Shown: positions 42,372 to 51,311 of the stretch, in pieces
Position numbering within the stretch: position 1 is the stretch's first letter
Layout: each line of letters starts with the position of its first letter
DNA from: Candidatus Omnitrophota bacterium
GTDB taxonomy: Bacteria > Omnitrophota > Gorgyraeia > 1-14-0-20-64-10
DNA: 64,000 bases
Reading direction: 5' to 3'
NCBI GenBank assembly: GCA_016177405.1
Contig: JACOVG010000003.1
Span: 32,050-96,049, forward strand
Made by a program: the position numbers and the translations under genes
The notes under the pieces: model-generated
Told to the model about the DNA's origin: nothing
Database searches by the model: none
What the model saw: only the letters and a program-made list of their open reading frames with translations

Positions 42372-43468
42372 AGACGCTGATACTGGCGGGGGGGTCGGGA
42401 GGGCATCTGATTCCGGCCTTGGCGCTGGGCGAGCATCTGGGACGGCAGGGCGAGTGCCTCTTGGTGAGCACCCAGCGCCCGGTGGATCAGATCCTCCGGA
42501 CCCAAACGTCCCTCCGGTGGGAGACGACGCCCCTGGAACCCTTCACGCCCCTGTCCCGGTGGCTCTCGGTCCGGCATTGGGCCCGCCAGCTCTCGGCGGC
42601 CTGGCGGATGCTGGGGGTCTTGAGACGGACGCGGCCTGACGTGGTGGTGGGATTCGGAGGATATCCCAGCCTGGTCGGGATGGTCCTGGCGCGGGCGGCC
42701 GGTTTTCCGACCGTTTTGCACGAGGCCAACGTGGTCCCCGGGCGGGCCAATCGGTGGCTTTCCCGCTGGGTGGACGCCGTGGCGGTCTCCTTTCCGGAAA
42801 CCCGGCAGGGATTATCGGCCAGGGCCGTGGTGGAGGTGACCGGAAATCCCCTGCGGCCGGGGCTTCGGGAGGCGGATCCGGCCCGGGCCCGGCGCTTCTT
42901 TGGGCTGGATGAAACCCGGCCCGTTCTTCTGGTCATGGGCGGTTCCCAGGGTTCCCGGGCGGTCAATCAACTGGTCCTGGCGATGTGGGAGGGGCAGGCG
43001 GCCGCCTTCCGGCAGGGCTGGCAGGTTCTTCACGTCGCGGGCTGCGATCACCGGCCGGCGGTGGAGGGGGCGTATCGGCGCCTGGGCATGAATTCCAAGG
43101 TCTTTGGTTTTCTTCAGGAGATGCCGATGGCCTTGGCCTGCGCCGCGTTAAGCATCTCCAGGGCCGGGGCCACGGCCGTCTCGGAGCTGGCGGCCTGCCA
43201 GGTTCCGGCGATCTTGATACCCTATCCCCACGCGCAGGCGCACCAGCGCTCCAACGCCCAATGGATGCGGGACTTAGGCGGCGCGGTGATTTTGGAAGAG
43301 GCGGGGCTTAAGCCCGGCCGCCTGGCGCGAGAATTTCAGGACCTCGCGGGCGATCCCAGCCGGCGGCAGCGGATGCGGCAAGCCCTGAAGGGCGCCTCCC
43401 AAGACAACGCCGTGGAGGCGCTGGCTTCCTTGGCCCGGCGAATGGCCGATGGAGGGGCGGGGGGGTGA
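42368..43468 (+). CDS. murG: lipid II GlcNAc transferase
   Basis: GTG 42368; GGSGGH, GFGGY, HEAN, GNP, GGSQGS, SRAGA. Confidence 0.95.
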   Translation: MKTLILAGGSGGHLIPALALGEHLGRQGECLLVSTQRPVDQILRTQTSLRWETTPLEPFTPLSRWLSVRHWARQLSAAWRMLGVLRRTRPDVVVGFGGYPSLVGMVLARAAGFPTVLHEANVVPGRANRWLSRWVDAVAVSFPETRQGLSARAVVEVTGNPLRPGLREADPARARRFFGLDETRPVLLVMGGSQGSRAVNQLVLAMWEGQAAAFRQGWQVLHVAGCDHRPAVEGAYRRLGMNSKVFGFLQEMPMALACAALSISRAGATAVSELAACQVPAILIPYPHAQAHQRSNAQWMRDLGGAVILEEAGLKPGRLAREFQDLAGDPSRRQRMRQALKGASQDNAVEALASLARRMADGGAGG

Positions 43469-44829
43469 GAAGCCATCTGATCGGGGTGGGGGGGATCGGC
43501 ATGAGCGCCATCGCCCGGCTGCTTCTTGCCTTGGGCGAGGAGGTTTCCGGATCCGATCTTCATGGAAACGGGCTCTTTGAAAAGATGCGGCAGGGGGGCG
43601 CTTGCCTTCGGGTCGGGCACCGCGCTCGCCACATTCGAGGCGCCGATCGGGTGATCTACTCTTCCAGCGTTTCGGCCGGCAATCCCGAGCTGAAGGAGGC
43701 CCGAAATCAGGGGCTGCCGGTTTTTCATAGAGGCCAGATGATCGCCAGCTTGCTGAAGGACAAGAAGATTGTGGCGGTCACCGGAGCGCACGGGAAGAGC
43801 ACCACCACCGCGCTGTCCGCCTCGCTTCTGGTCCGGGCCGGCCTCGACCCCACGGTTTTGCTGGGGGCCGAGGTGGAGACCCTGGGAGGCAACGCGAGGC
43901 TGGGCCGCGGGCGCTACGCGGTGATCGAGGCGGACGATTCGGACGCCTCTTTGCTCTGGCTTGAGCCGCGGGTGGCGATCGTCACCAATGTGGATGAGGA
44001 GCATCTGGATTATTTTCGGAACCGGGGGGAGATCCTGGAGACGTACGGGGCTTTCCTCGCGCGCGTTGCCGACGGCGGCGCGGTGATCGGCTGCGCGGAT
44101 GACCCGGGGGTGATGGCGCTCCTTAAGGTCTGCGGTTTACGCGCGGTCACCTATGGGCTTTCGCGAACCGCCCGATTCCACGCGCGGGCCATCGAGTCCC
44201 GCCCCGGGGGGAGCCGGTTCCTCTGTTTTGAATCCGGCCGGTCCCTGGGCCGGATGGAGCTTAAGATCCCGGGGCTCCACAACGTCGTCAACGCCCTGGC
44301 CGCCGCGGCGCTGGGACGGCTTTTGGGGATTGAGATCCGGAGGATCCAGGAAACGCTCGCGGCCTTCACGGGAGCCAAGCGCCGGTTCGAGATCCAGGGG
44401 GAGGTGGACGGCATCCTGGTGGTGGAGGATTACGCCCACCACCCGGCCGAGATCCGGTCGACCCTTCAGGCGGCGCGGACGTGGAAGGAAAGAAGGATCC
44501 GCTGCGTCTTCCAGCCCCACCGGTACAGCCGGACCCGCCACCTGTTTGACCCCTTCTGCCAGGCGCTGGCGCTGGCCGATCAGGTGGCGCTGGTGCCCAT
44601 CTACGCGGCGTCGGAGGAGCCCTTGGAGGGGATTGCCAGCGACAAGCTGGTTCAGGGAATTCAGGCCCAGGGCGGCCGCGCGGCCTTTTTTCAGGAACCG
44701 GAGGAGCTCTTCGCGCGGTGGACGGCCGATGCCCGGCCGGGGGACCTCTTCCTCTTTATGGGGGCGGGCAGCATCGGGGGCTGGGCCGGGCGTTTTCTGA
44801 CGGCCTTGCGGGAGAGACGGGGAACCTAG
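43465..44829 (+). CDS. murC: UDP-MurNAc-L-alanine ligase
   Basis: HLIGVGGIGMS, GAHGKSTTT, EADDSD, DYAHHP, FQPHRYSRT, GAG. Confidence 0.96.
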   Translation: MRSHLIGVGGIGMSAIARLLLALGEEVSGSDLHGNGLFEKMRQGGACLRVGHRARHIRGADRVIYSSSVSAGNPELKEARNQGLPVFHRGQMIASLLKDKKIVAVTGAHGKSTTTALSASLLVRAGLDPTVLLGAEVETLGGNARLGRGRYAVIEADDSDASLLWLEPRVAIVTNVDEEHLDYFRNRGEILETYGAFLARVADGGAVIGCADDPGVMALLKVCGLRAVTYGLSRTARFHARAIESRPGGSRFLCFESGRSLGRMELKIPGLHNVVNALAAAALGRLLGIEIRRIQETLAAFTGAKRRFEIQGEVDGILVVEDYAHHPAEIRSTLQAARTWKERRIRCVFQPHRYSRTRHLFDPFCQALALADQVALVPIYAASEEPLEGIASDKLVQGIQAQGGRAAFFQEPEELFARWTADARPGDLFLFMGAGSIGGWAGRFLTALRERRGT

Positions 44830-45795
44830 GTGACTCCCGCGCCGATCGACCAGAAACTTCGCGGCGAGCTTCGAGCCCTCCTGGGGCCCAAGGTCCGGTT
44901 CGAGGAGCCGATGCGTTCGCACACCAGCTTCCACATCGGAGGCCCGGCGCAAATCTGGGCCGAACCGGCGAACCCCCAGGTTCTTCTCTCGTTGCTGGGC
45001 TTGGCCCGCCAGAACGGTCTTCCGGTTACCCCGGTGGGCGGCGGGGCCAACCTCCTGGTGGCCGATGACGGAATTCCAGGCCTGGTGATCCATCCCGCCG
45101 GGCCGGGATTTCAAGGGTTGACCCGGACCGAATCGGGCCTGCGGGTCGGGGCCGGGGTCTCCATCGAGAAGCTGATCCGCGCGACCCTCCGGGAGGGTCT
45201 GGCCGGCGTGGAGTTCTTGGCCGGCGTGCCCGGAAAGATGGGAGGGGCCATCCGGATGAATGCCGGCACCCACGACGAAGAGGGGGTGGTCCGCTCGATC
45301 TCCGATGCGGCCGACGCCATCACCACCGTAGGAGCCGAAGGACGGACTCAAACCCTTTCCAATCGCGAGGCGGATTTCCGCTATCGGTCCAGCGGCTTGG
45401 CCGGGCAGATCGTGACGGAGGCTCACCTCTCGCTTTCACCGGACGACCCCTCGGCCATCGAGGGGCGGGTCAAAGCGCTTTGGGCCCTGAAGCGCAGGAC
45501 GCAGGATTGGACCGCCCCTTCCGCCGGCTGCATCTTCAAGAACCCCGCGCCGGGGGCGCCGGCGGCAGGCTGGATGATTGACCGGGCGGGGCTCAAAGGG
45601 TTTCGGGTCGGCGGGGCGATGGTCTCGCCCATCCACGCCAACTTCATGATCAATTGCGGCAATGCCAGCGCGCGCGATGTCTTCGCCCTGATCGACGAGG
45701 CGGCCGGCCGCGTCGAAAAGATGTTTCAGGTCCGCCTGGAGCTCGAGGTCCAGGTTCTTCCCAGGGATGGGGGCTCCCATGATTCCCTCGCTTAA
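44830..45795 (+). CDS. murB: UDP-N-acetylenolpyruvoylglucosamine reductase
   Basis: HTSFHIGGPA, GGGANLL, PGKMGGAIRMNAG, SAGCIFKNP, HANF. Confidence 0.95.
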   Translation: MTPAPIDQKLRGELRALLGPKVRFEEPMRSHTSFHIGGPAQIWAEPANPQVLLSLLGLARQNGLPVTPVGGGANLLVADDGIPGLVIHPAGPGFQGLTRTESGLRVGAGVSIEKLIRATLREGLAGVEFLAGVPGKMGGAIRMNAGTHDEEGVVRSISDAADAITTVGAEGRTQTLSNREADFRYRSSGLAGQIVTEAHLSLSPDDPSAIEGRVKALWALKRRTQDWTAPSAGCIFKNPAPGAPAAGWMIDRAGLKGFRVGGAMVSPIHANFMINCGNASARDVFALIDEAAGRVEKMFQVRLELEVQVLPRDGGSHDSLA

Positions 45796-46696
45796 GAAGC
45801 CGGTCGGCGTCCTGTGCGGGGGCCCCTCGGGGGAGCGGGAGATCTCCCTCAAAAGCGGGCAGGCCATCCACGAGGCCCTCCTTTCCTTGGGCCTGCCGTC
45901 CCTTCTCTTGGAATTGTCCCGGCGCCCTTCGGAGATTCCGGGACAGATCATCCGGGCACCCATGGCCTGCGCCTTCATCGCGCTGCATGGGGCTTTCGGA
46001 GAGGACGGAAAGATTCAGACCCTCTTGGGCCGCTTGAGGATTCCCTACACCGGCAGCCGGCCGACCGCCTGCCGCTTGGGAATGGACAAATGGGGCTCCC
46101 GCGGGCGCTGGACCCGGAAGGGGGTTCCGGTTCCGGAGACGGTTCGGGTGAATCTGCCGGGGAGACTGCCCGGCCTCGGCGGCCTCCGGTTTCCGGTTGT
46201 GGTCAAACCCCAGGCCCAGGGTTCCTCTTTGGGGATCAGCCTGGTGGATCGGCCGCGGAATCTCCGGCGGGCCATTCGGGAGGCCGCCTCCTTCGGGGGA
46301 GGGGTTTTGATCGAGGAGTATCTGGCCGGCAGCGAGTTCACCGTGGGCATCCTGGAAGACAAGGCCCTTCCCGTGGTTCAGGTGGTTCCGAAAAGACGCT
46401 TCTACGATTTCACGGCCAAATACACCCAGGGGCAGACCGATTATCGGGTTCCGGCGCCCATCCCCGCGCCGCAGGCCCGGCGGGCCCAGCGGCTCGCCCT
46501 CCGGGCTCACCGGGCGCTGGGATGCCGTTCCTTTTGCCGGGTGGACATGATTTGGGTGAAGGACAGGGGTCCGGTTCTCCTGGAGCTGAACACGATGCCG
46601 GGGATGACCCCCTTGAGCTTGCTGCCTAAGGCGGCCCGCGTGAGCGGGATCGATTTCGCCCAACTGTGTCTTAGGATGTTGGCCTCCGCGTGGTAA
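45767..46696 (+). CDS. ddl: D-alanine--D-alanine ligase (alternative ATG 45779)
   Basis: GGPSGEREISL, ALHGAFGEDG, GSSLG, YDFTAKY, ELNTMPGMT. Confidence 0.96.
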   Translation: MGAPMIPSLKKPVGVLCGGPSGEREISLKSGQAIHEALLSLGLPSLLLELSRRPSEIPGQIIRAPMACAFIALHGAFGEDGKIQTLLGRLRIPYTGSRPTACRLGMDKWGSRGRWTRKGVPVPETVRVNLPGRLPGLGGLRFPVVVKPQAQGSSLGISLVDRPRNLRRAIREAASFGGGVLIEEYLAGSEFTVGILEDKALPVVQVVPKRRFYDFTAKYTQGQTDYRVPAPIPAPQARRAQRLALRAHRALGCRSFCRVDMIWVKDRGPVLLELNTMPGMTPLSLLPKAARVSGIDFAQLCLRMLASAW

Positions 46697-46709
46697 ACTG
46701 CTTCAAGCC

Positions 46710-47483
46710 ATGAGCTTAAAGGGGTCCAGGCGGGGAGCCATCTTGTCCGTTTCCCTGGTTTCGGGGGCGGCCCTTTTTTTGGCTTTTCAGGGCGTGGTTC
46801 GCGCGGCGCTTCAGGCGTCGGTTTTCCGGGTTGACGAAGTGGAGGCGGCCTTCTCGTTGGATCCCAGGATTCCGGCCAGGCGCTACCGCCTGACGCCGCC
46901 CACCTCGATTTTTCATCTGGATCTGCGGGCGGTTCATAAGGTTCTTCAGGCCAGGCACCCGACGATGGAGGTGGAGGAGGTCCGCCGGCTCCTGCCCAAC
47001 CGCCTGCAGGCCCGTTTGGTCCCCCGAAAACCGGCGGCCCAGCTCGCGGCCGGATCGGGCTACTACCTTGTTTCCGACGAAGGGGTCGTCCTGACCTCGG
47101 CGCGGCCCGTGGCCTGGCCTCATCAGGTGGTGGTTTCGCTGGAGGTGATGAAGGGAACCTTTCGGGTGGGACAGGCCGTGAGGAGCCCCTCCCTGTTTCA
47201 GGCGATGGAGGTCCTGGGGAGGGTTCGGGCCAGGGGAGGGCTGGCGGGGCACGGGTTAAACCTCTTGGAGGTCAAGGCAGGGCAGATGAATCTCTTTCTC
47301 GATTCCGGGCTTGAGGTCCGGTTGAATTCCCGCCATCCCGAAATCGGTTTGGACCGCCTGGCGCAGCTTTTGGAAAGGCAAGATCCGCTCTTGGAGGGGG
47401 CGCGCTACGTTGACCTTCGTTTTTCAGATCCGGTGATCGCCCGGGGCAAGGGTGCCGGAGGCCTGCGCGTGAGCCGCCGGTGA
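46710..47483 (+). CDS. ftsQ: FtsQ/DivIB-like cell division protein (divergent)
   Basis: N-terminal TM, POTRA-like RRLLPNRL, C-terminal YVDLRFSDPV; lies between ddl and ftsA. Confidence 0.75.
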   Translation: MSLKGSRRGAILSVSLVSGAALFLAFQGVVRAALQASVFRVDEVEAAFSLDPRIPARRYRLTPPTSIFHLDLRAVHKVLQARHPTMEVEEVRRLLPNRLQARLVPRKPAAQLAAGSGYYLVSDEGVVLTSARPVAWPHQVVVSLEVMKGTFRVGQAVRSPSLFQAMEVLGRVRARGGLAGHGLNLLEVKAGQMNLFLDSGLEVRLNSRHPEIGLDRLAQLLERQDPLLEGARYVDLRFSDPVIARGKGAGGLRVSRR

Positions 47484-48706
47484 AACCCTCTCCGGCGTGG
47501 CTGGCCGCCTTTCAGCTGGGGACGCGTCAGTTCATGGCCGCCCTGGGACGCAGCGACCGCCCCGGCCACCTGAAGCTTCAAGCGGTGGAATCGGTTCCGG
47601 CGGCCGGAATCCACCAGGGAGCGTTGAGCGATCCGGCCGAGTGCGCCGACACCGTTTCCCGCCTGGTCCGTCAATTGGACGAGCGCCAAGGGATCCGGCT
47701 CTCGAAGGTCCTGGCGGCCGCTTACGGCAATCAGGTCAGGAGCCAGAACGCGGCGGCCTGCGTGCCCATCCTGGAGCCGGAGGTGGGGGTCAGCGCCCGC
47801 GATGTGGAGCGGGCCGTCAGCACCTGCCGCTCTTTGGGCCTGGATTACGACCGGCAGATCCTGCATCTGTTCACCCAGGGCTTCTCGGTGGACGGGCAGT
47901 CGGGGGTCAAGAATCCGGTGGGCCTTTTCGGAACCAAGCTGACGGCCCATCTGCATCTGGTGACCGGGCTGTCCTCGGGGCTGTCCAGCCTCCACCGCGT
48001 TTTCAACCGGGCGGGGCTGGAGGCGGAGGAGCTGGTCATGCCGGGCCTGGCGGCGGCCGAAGCGGTCTTGTCGGATCTGGACCGGGACCTGGGAGTGGTT
48101 TTGATCGCCATCGGCGAGACCTTCACCGAGGCGGTTCTCTTCGGTGAGGGATCCGCCCGGGAGATGATTCTTTTCCCTTGGGGGACCGACCCGCTGGCCT
48201 CCGCTTTGAGCCGGAACCTGAAGCTGCCCTGGGCGGCGGCCGATCAGCTCTTGGCCCAGCTGGGCTCCCTGGAGGAGCTTCCCCAGTGGACCTCGGTGCC
48301 CCTGCGAATCACCGCCGGTTCGCTGGTTCGGACCTTCCCCCAGGGGCAGGTTGCTTCCTGGGTCACCGCGCGCGCCAAAGAGTTCCTGAAGCAGTTGGCG
48401 GCGCGGCTGGAGGAGAGGCCCTACTTCCGGGAAGCCTCCTCCGGGATCGTGATGGTGGGTCCCCTGGCCCACGTCGGCGGTTTTCTGGAGCTGGCCGAGG
48501 AGGTCTTCAACGTGCCGGTTCGGATCGGGAACATCCGGGAGGTGGAGGTGGATCCCGGTGTCAGCCTGAAGCCTTCCCACGCCGCCCTGGTGGGTCTTCT
48601 GCGCTGCGGGATGAAGCGCCGGGCCTCTTCAGCCATTCCGGCCCCCCAGCGCCCCTGGGGATTGATCTCCCATCGAGTCCGCAAGGTTCTCGAAGAATAT
48701 TTCTGA
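47480..48706 (+). CDS. ftsA: FtsA-like cell division protein with degenerate ATP-binding motifs
   Basis: FSVDGQSGVKNPVGLFG 1C subdomain, LAEEVFNVPVRIG, C-terminal amphipathic helix ending EEYF. Confidence 0.88.
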   Translation: MKPSPAWLAAFQLGTRQFMAALGRSDRPGHLKLQAVESVPAAGIHQGALSDPAECADTVSRLVRQLDERQGIRLSKVLAAAYGNQVRSQNAAACVPILEPEVGVSARDVERAVSTCRSLGLDYDRQILHLFTQGFSVDGQSGVKNPVGLFGTKLTAHLHLVTGLSSGLSSLHRVFNRAGLEAEELVMPGLAAAEAVLSDLDRDLGVVLIAIGETFTEAVLFGEGSAREMILFPWGTDPLASALSRNLKLPWAAADQLLAQLGSLEELPQWTSVPLRITAGSLVRTFPQGQVASWVTARAKEFLKQLAARLEERPYFREASSGIVMVGPLAHVGGFLELAEEVFNVPVRIGNIREVEVDPGVSLKPSHAALVGLLRCGMKRRASSAIPAPQRPWGLISHRVRKVLEEYF

Positions 48707-48719
48707 TTTCAGCGCCCGC

Positions 48720-49376
48720 CTGGAAAGCGTCCGATCCAGGATCGCCTCCGCTTGTCTTAGGGCCGGGCGGGATCCCCAGTCGGTTCGGCTGATCGCTGTC
48801 ACCAAGGGCGTTGCCGCGGATCGCATTCTGGAAGCCGCGGCCTGCGGGGTGAAGGAGATCGGCGAGAACCGGGTCCAGGAAGCGGCCGAAAAAAAAGCCT
48901 CCTTGGCGCGGGAGGTTCGCTGGCATATGATAGGTCATCTCCAGCGCAACAAGGCGAAGCTCGCGGTCGAGCTCTTTGACGAGATTCACTCGGTCGACTC
49001 CCCGGAGCTCGTGAAGGCGCTGGACCGGTGCGCCGCCAAGCCCCTGGGGCTTCTGGTCCAGGTGAATCTGGCGGCGGACCCGGGCCAGCACGGCTGCCGG
49101 CCGGAAGAGGCGCGGACGCTGGCCGAGGCGGTCCTGGCCTCAAACCATCTGAAGCTTTCCGGTTTGATGACCCTGGCGCCCTGGGACTGTGATCCGGAGG
49201 CGGCGAGGGTCTTCTTCAGAGAGCTTCGCCTTTTGCGGGATGATCTGGCGGGAAAGCTGGGCCAGGGGCCGCTTCATTTGTCCATGGGAATGAGCCACGA
49301 TTTTGAGGCGGCGGTGGAAGAGGGGGCCACGATGGTGCGGATTGGCACGGCCATTTTTGGAGCGCGAAATCCATGA
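48720..49376 (+). CDS. yggS: PLP homeostasis protein YggS (needs a non-canonical start, CTG 48720 or ATT 48699)
   Basis: LESVRSRIASAC...VRLIAVTK upstream of GTG 48849; GENRVQEA, WHMIGHLQRNK, LSMGMSHD, VRIGTAIFG. Confidence 0.93.
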   Translation: MESVRSRIASACLRAGRDPQSVRLIAVTKGVAADRILEAAACGVKEIGENRVQEAAEKKASLAREVRWHMIGHLQRNKAKLAVELFDEIHSVDSPELVKALDRCAAKPLGLLVQVNLAADPGQHGCRPEEARTLAEAVLASNHLKLSGLMTLAPWDCDPEAARVFFRELRLLRDDLAGKLGQGPLHLSMGMSHDFEAAVEEGATMVRIGTAIFGARNP

Positions 49377-50179
49377 CGCTGGGTGTCATCGGCTGCGGGA
49401 ACATGGGCCGCGCCCTGATTCAGGGGGTGGTCAAAAGCCGCCGGATGAGTCCCCGGCGGCTCATCGGCTGGGACCCTGACCAGGCCCGGTTGAGGGCCAT
49501 CGTCCGATCGAACGGGATCGTGCGGGCCTCTTCGAACCTTGATCTGACCCGCCGGGCGAAGGCCGTTTTGCTGGCGGTCAAGCCGCAGCAGATGGACCAG
49601 GTCTTGCGCGAGATCCGGCCCGGGGCCAAGCGGGGCAAGCTCGTCATCTCCATCGCCGCGGGGGTTCCCATCCGCCGGATTCAGAGGGCGCTGGGACCCG
49701 GGGCGCGGGTGATCCGGGTGATGCCCAACACCCCGGCCCTGGTGGGCCAGGGAATGGCCGGAATCTCGGCCGGGCGCGGGGTGACCCGGGCCGACCTCCG
49801 TTTCGCCCGGAGGATCTTCGAGGCGGCGGGGCAGGCCATCGAGATTCCGGAGGCCTGGATGGACGCGGTGACCGCCCTAAGCGGTTCCGGACCGGCTTAC
49901 TTCTTTTTCCTGATGGAGGCGATGATCGAGGCGGGGGTGAAGCTCGGTCTTTCCCGCCAAGCGGCCCAGCGATTGGTGAAGGCCACGGCGGCGGGGGCCG
50001 CTGCCCTGGCCCTGGCCGGCCCCCAGCCGCCCCGGAAGCTCCGCCGGCAGGTCACCTCCAAGGGAGGGACCACCGAGGCGGCCTTCCGCGTTTTCAAGAA
50101 GAGGGGGCTCGCCGCCATCTTGCGCGCCGGGATCTTCGCCGCCTGCCGCCGGGCCCGGCAGCTTTCCCGGGGGAGGTGA
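49373..50179 (+). CDS. proC: pyrroline-5-carboxylate reductase
   Basis: IGCGNMG, LAVKPQ, RVMPNTP, TALSGSGPAY, VTSKGGTT. Confidence 0.96.
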   Translation: MTLGVIGCGNMGRALIQGVVKSRRMSPRRLIGWDPDQARLRAIVRSNGIVRASSNLDLTRRAKAVLLAVKPQQMDQVLREIRPGAKRGKLVISIAAGVPIRRIQRALGPGARVIRVMPNTPALVGQGMAGISAGRGVTRADLRFARRIFEAAGQAIEIPEAWMDAVTALSGSGPAYFFFLMEAMIEAGVKLGLSRQAAQRLVKATAAGAAALALAGPQPPRKLRRQVTSKGGTTEAAFRVFKKRGLAAILRAGIFAACRRARQLSRGR

Positions 50180-50186
50180 GCCGGCC

Positions 50187-50483
50187 GTGTTTGTGATGGG
50201 GAATCTCTTTTCGACGGCCGCCTACGTGGTGAACACCGGGCTTACCATCTACACGTGGATGGTCATCCTTCGGGTGCTGGTGAGCTGGGTCTCTCCGGAT
50301 CCCTTCAATCCGATCGTTGTTTTCCTGGGCCGGACAACCGAGCCCTTTTTGGCTCTTTTCAGAAGGGTCATTCCGCCCATCGGCATGATCGACCTGTCGC
50401 CGGTCGTGGCGCTGCTGGTCCTGCAGGCGGCCCAGCACTTCCTGGTGAGGACCCTGCTGGATCTTTCCTTGAGACTTCGGTAG
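50187..50483 (+). CDS. yggT: YggT family membrane protein
   Basis: SWVSPDPFNP, TEPFLALFRRVIP, IDLSP. Confidence 0.92.
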   Translation: MFVMGNLFSTAAYVVNTGLTIYTWMVILRVLVSWVSPDPFNPIVVFLGRTTEPFLALFRRVIPPIGMIDLSPVVALLVLQAAQHFLVRTLLDLSLRLR

Positions 50484-50492
50484 GAGGGCGGC

Positions 50493-51311
50493 ATGAGCTT
50501 ATGGGAGCAGATTCAAGAGGCGGTGGGCGCGATTCGTTCCCGGGTGAATCTGGAGCCCTCGGTGGCGGTGATTTTGGGCACCGGCCTCGGAGGTTTCGGC
50601 GGCGAGATCGAAGGCTCGAAGGCGCTGGCCTATGCCGAGATCCCGCACTTTCCCCGTTCGACGGTGGCCGGGCACAAGGGCCAGCTGGTCTTCGGGCGGG
50701 TGCAGGGCAAACCCGCGGTCGTGATGGAGGGCCGCTTTCACGTCTACGAGGGCTATTCCGCGCAGGAGGTGACCTTCCCCGTGCGGGTGATGAAGGCCCT
50801 GGGGGCCGAAACCCTGGTCGTCTCCAACGCGGCCGGAGGGCTCAACGCCGATTTCTCCGCCGGCGATCTGATGGCGATCACCGACCACGTGAACCTTATG
50901 GGGGTCAATCCCCTGATCGGACCCAACGACGAGCGCCTGGGGGAGCGCTTCCCGGACATGTCCTCGCCTTACGACCCGCGGCTTATGGAAGCGGCCCTCG
51001 CGATCGCCCGGAGGGAAAAGATTCCCCTGCGCCAGGGGGTTTACGCGGCGGTGGCGGGGCCCAACCTGGAGACCAAAGCCGAGTACCGGTTCCTGCGGGG
51101 AATCGGCGCCGACGCGGTGGGGATGTCCACGGTGCCGGAGGTTCTGGCGGCGGTCCACGCCAAGATGCGGGTTTTCGCGGTCAGCTGTATCACCGACCTT
51201 TGCATCCCGGAAACCTTGAAGCCGGCCTCGCTGGAGGAGATCCTGAAGGTGGCGCGAAAGGCGGAGCCCCGCCTGACGGCCCTCATTTCCCGCCTCATCG
51301 AAAAGATCTGA
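50493..51311 (+). CDS. purine nucleoside phosphorylase (trimeric PunA/XapA type)
   Basis: ILGTGLG, TVAGHKG, GRFHVYEG, SNAAGG, GPNLETKAE, VGMSTVPE. Confidence 0.95.
   Translation: MSLWEQIQEAVGAIRSRVNLEPSVAVILGTGLGGFGGEIEGSKALAYAEIPHFPRSTVAGHKGQLVFGRVQGKPAVVMEGRFHVYEGYSAQEVTFPVRVMKALGAETLVVSNAAGGLNADFSAGDLMAITDHVNLMGVNPLIGPNDERLGERFPDMSSPYDPRLMEAALAIARREKIPLRQGVYAAVAGPNLETKAEYRFLRGIGADAVGMSTVPEVLAAVHAKMRVFAVSCITDLCIPETLKPASLEEILKVARKAEPRLTALISRLIEKI

Noticed and set aside
50255-51310. Apparent N-terminal extensions or fusions in the ORF track (ileS from 50255, dnaE 1092, dnaG 25914, murD 39349, murG 41573, rluD 55044, recO 12442)
   Set aside because: The extensions are off-frame read-throughs of the upstream genes; each protein's conserved N-terminus starts at a downstream codon next to the previous stop.
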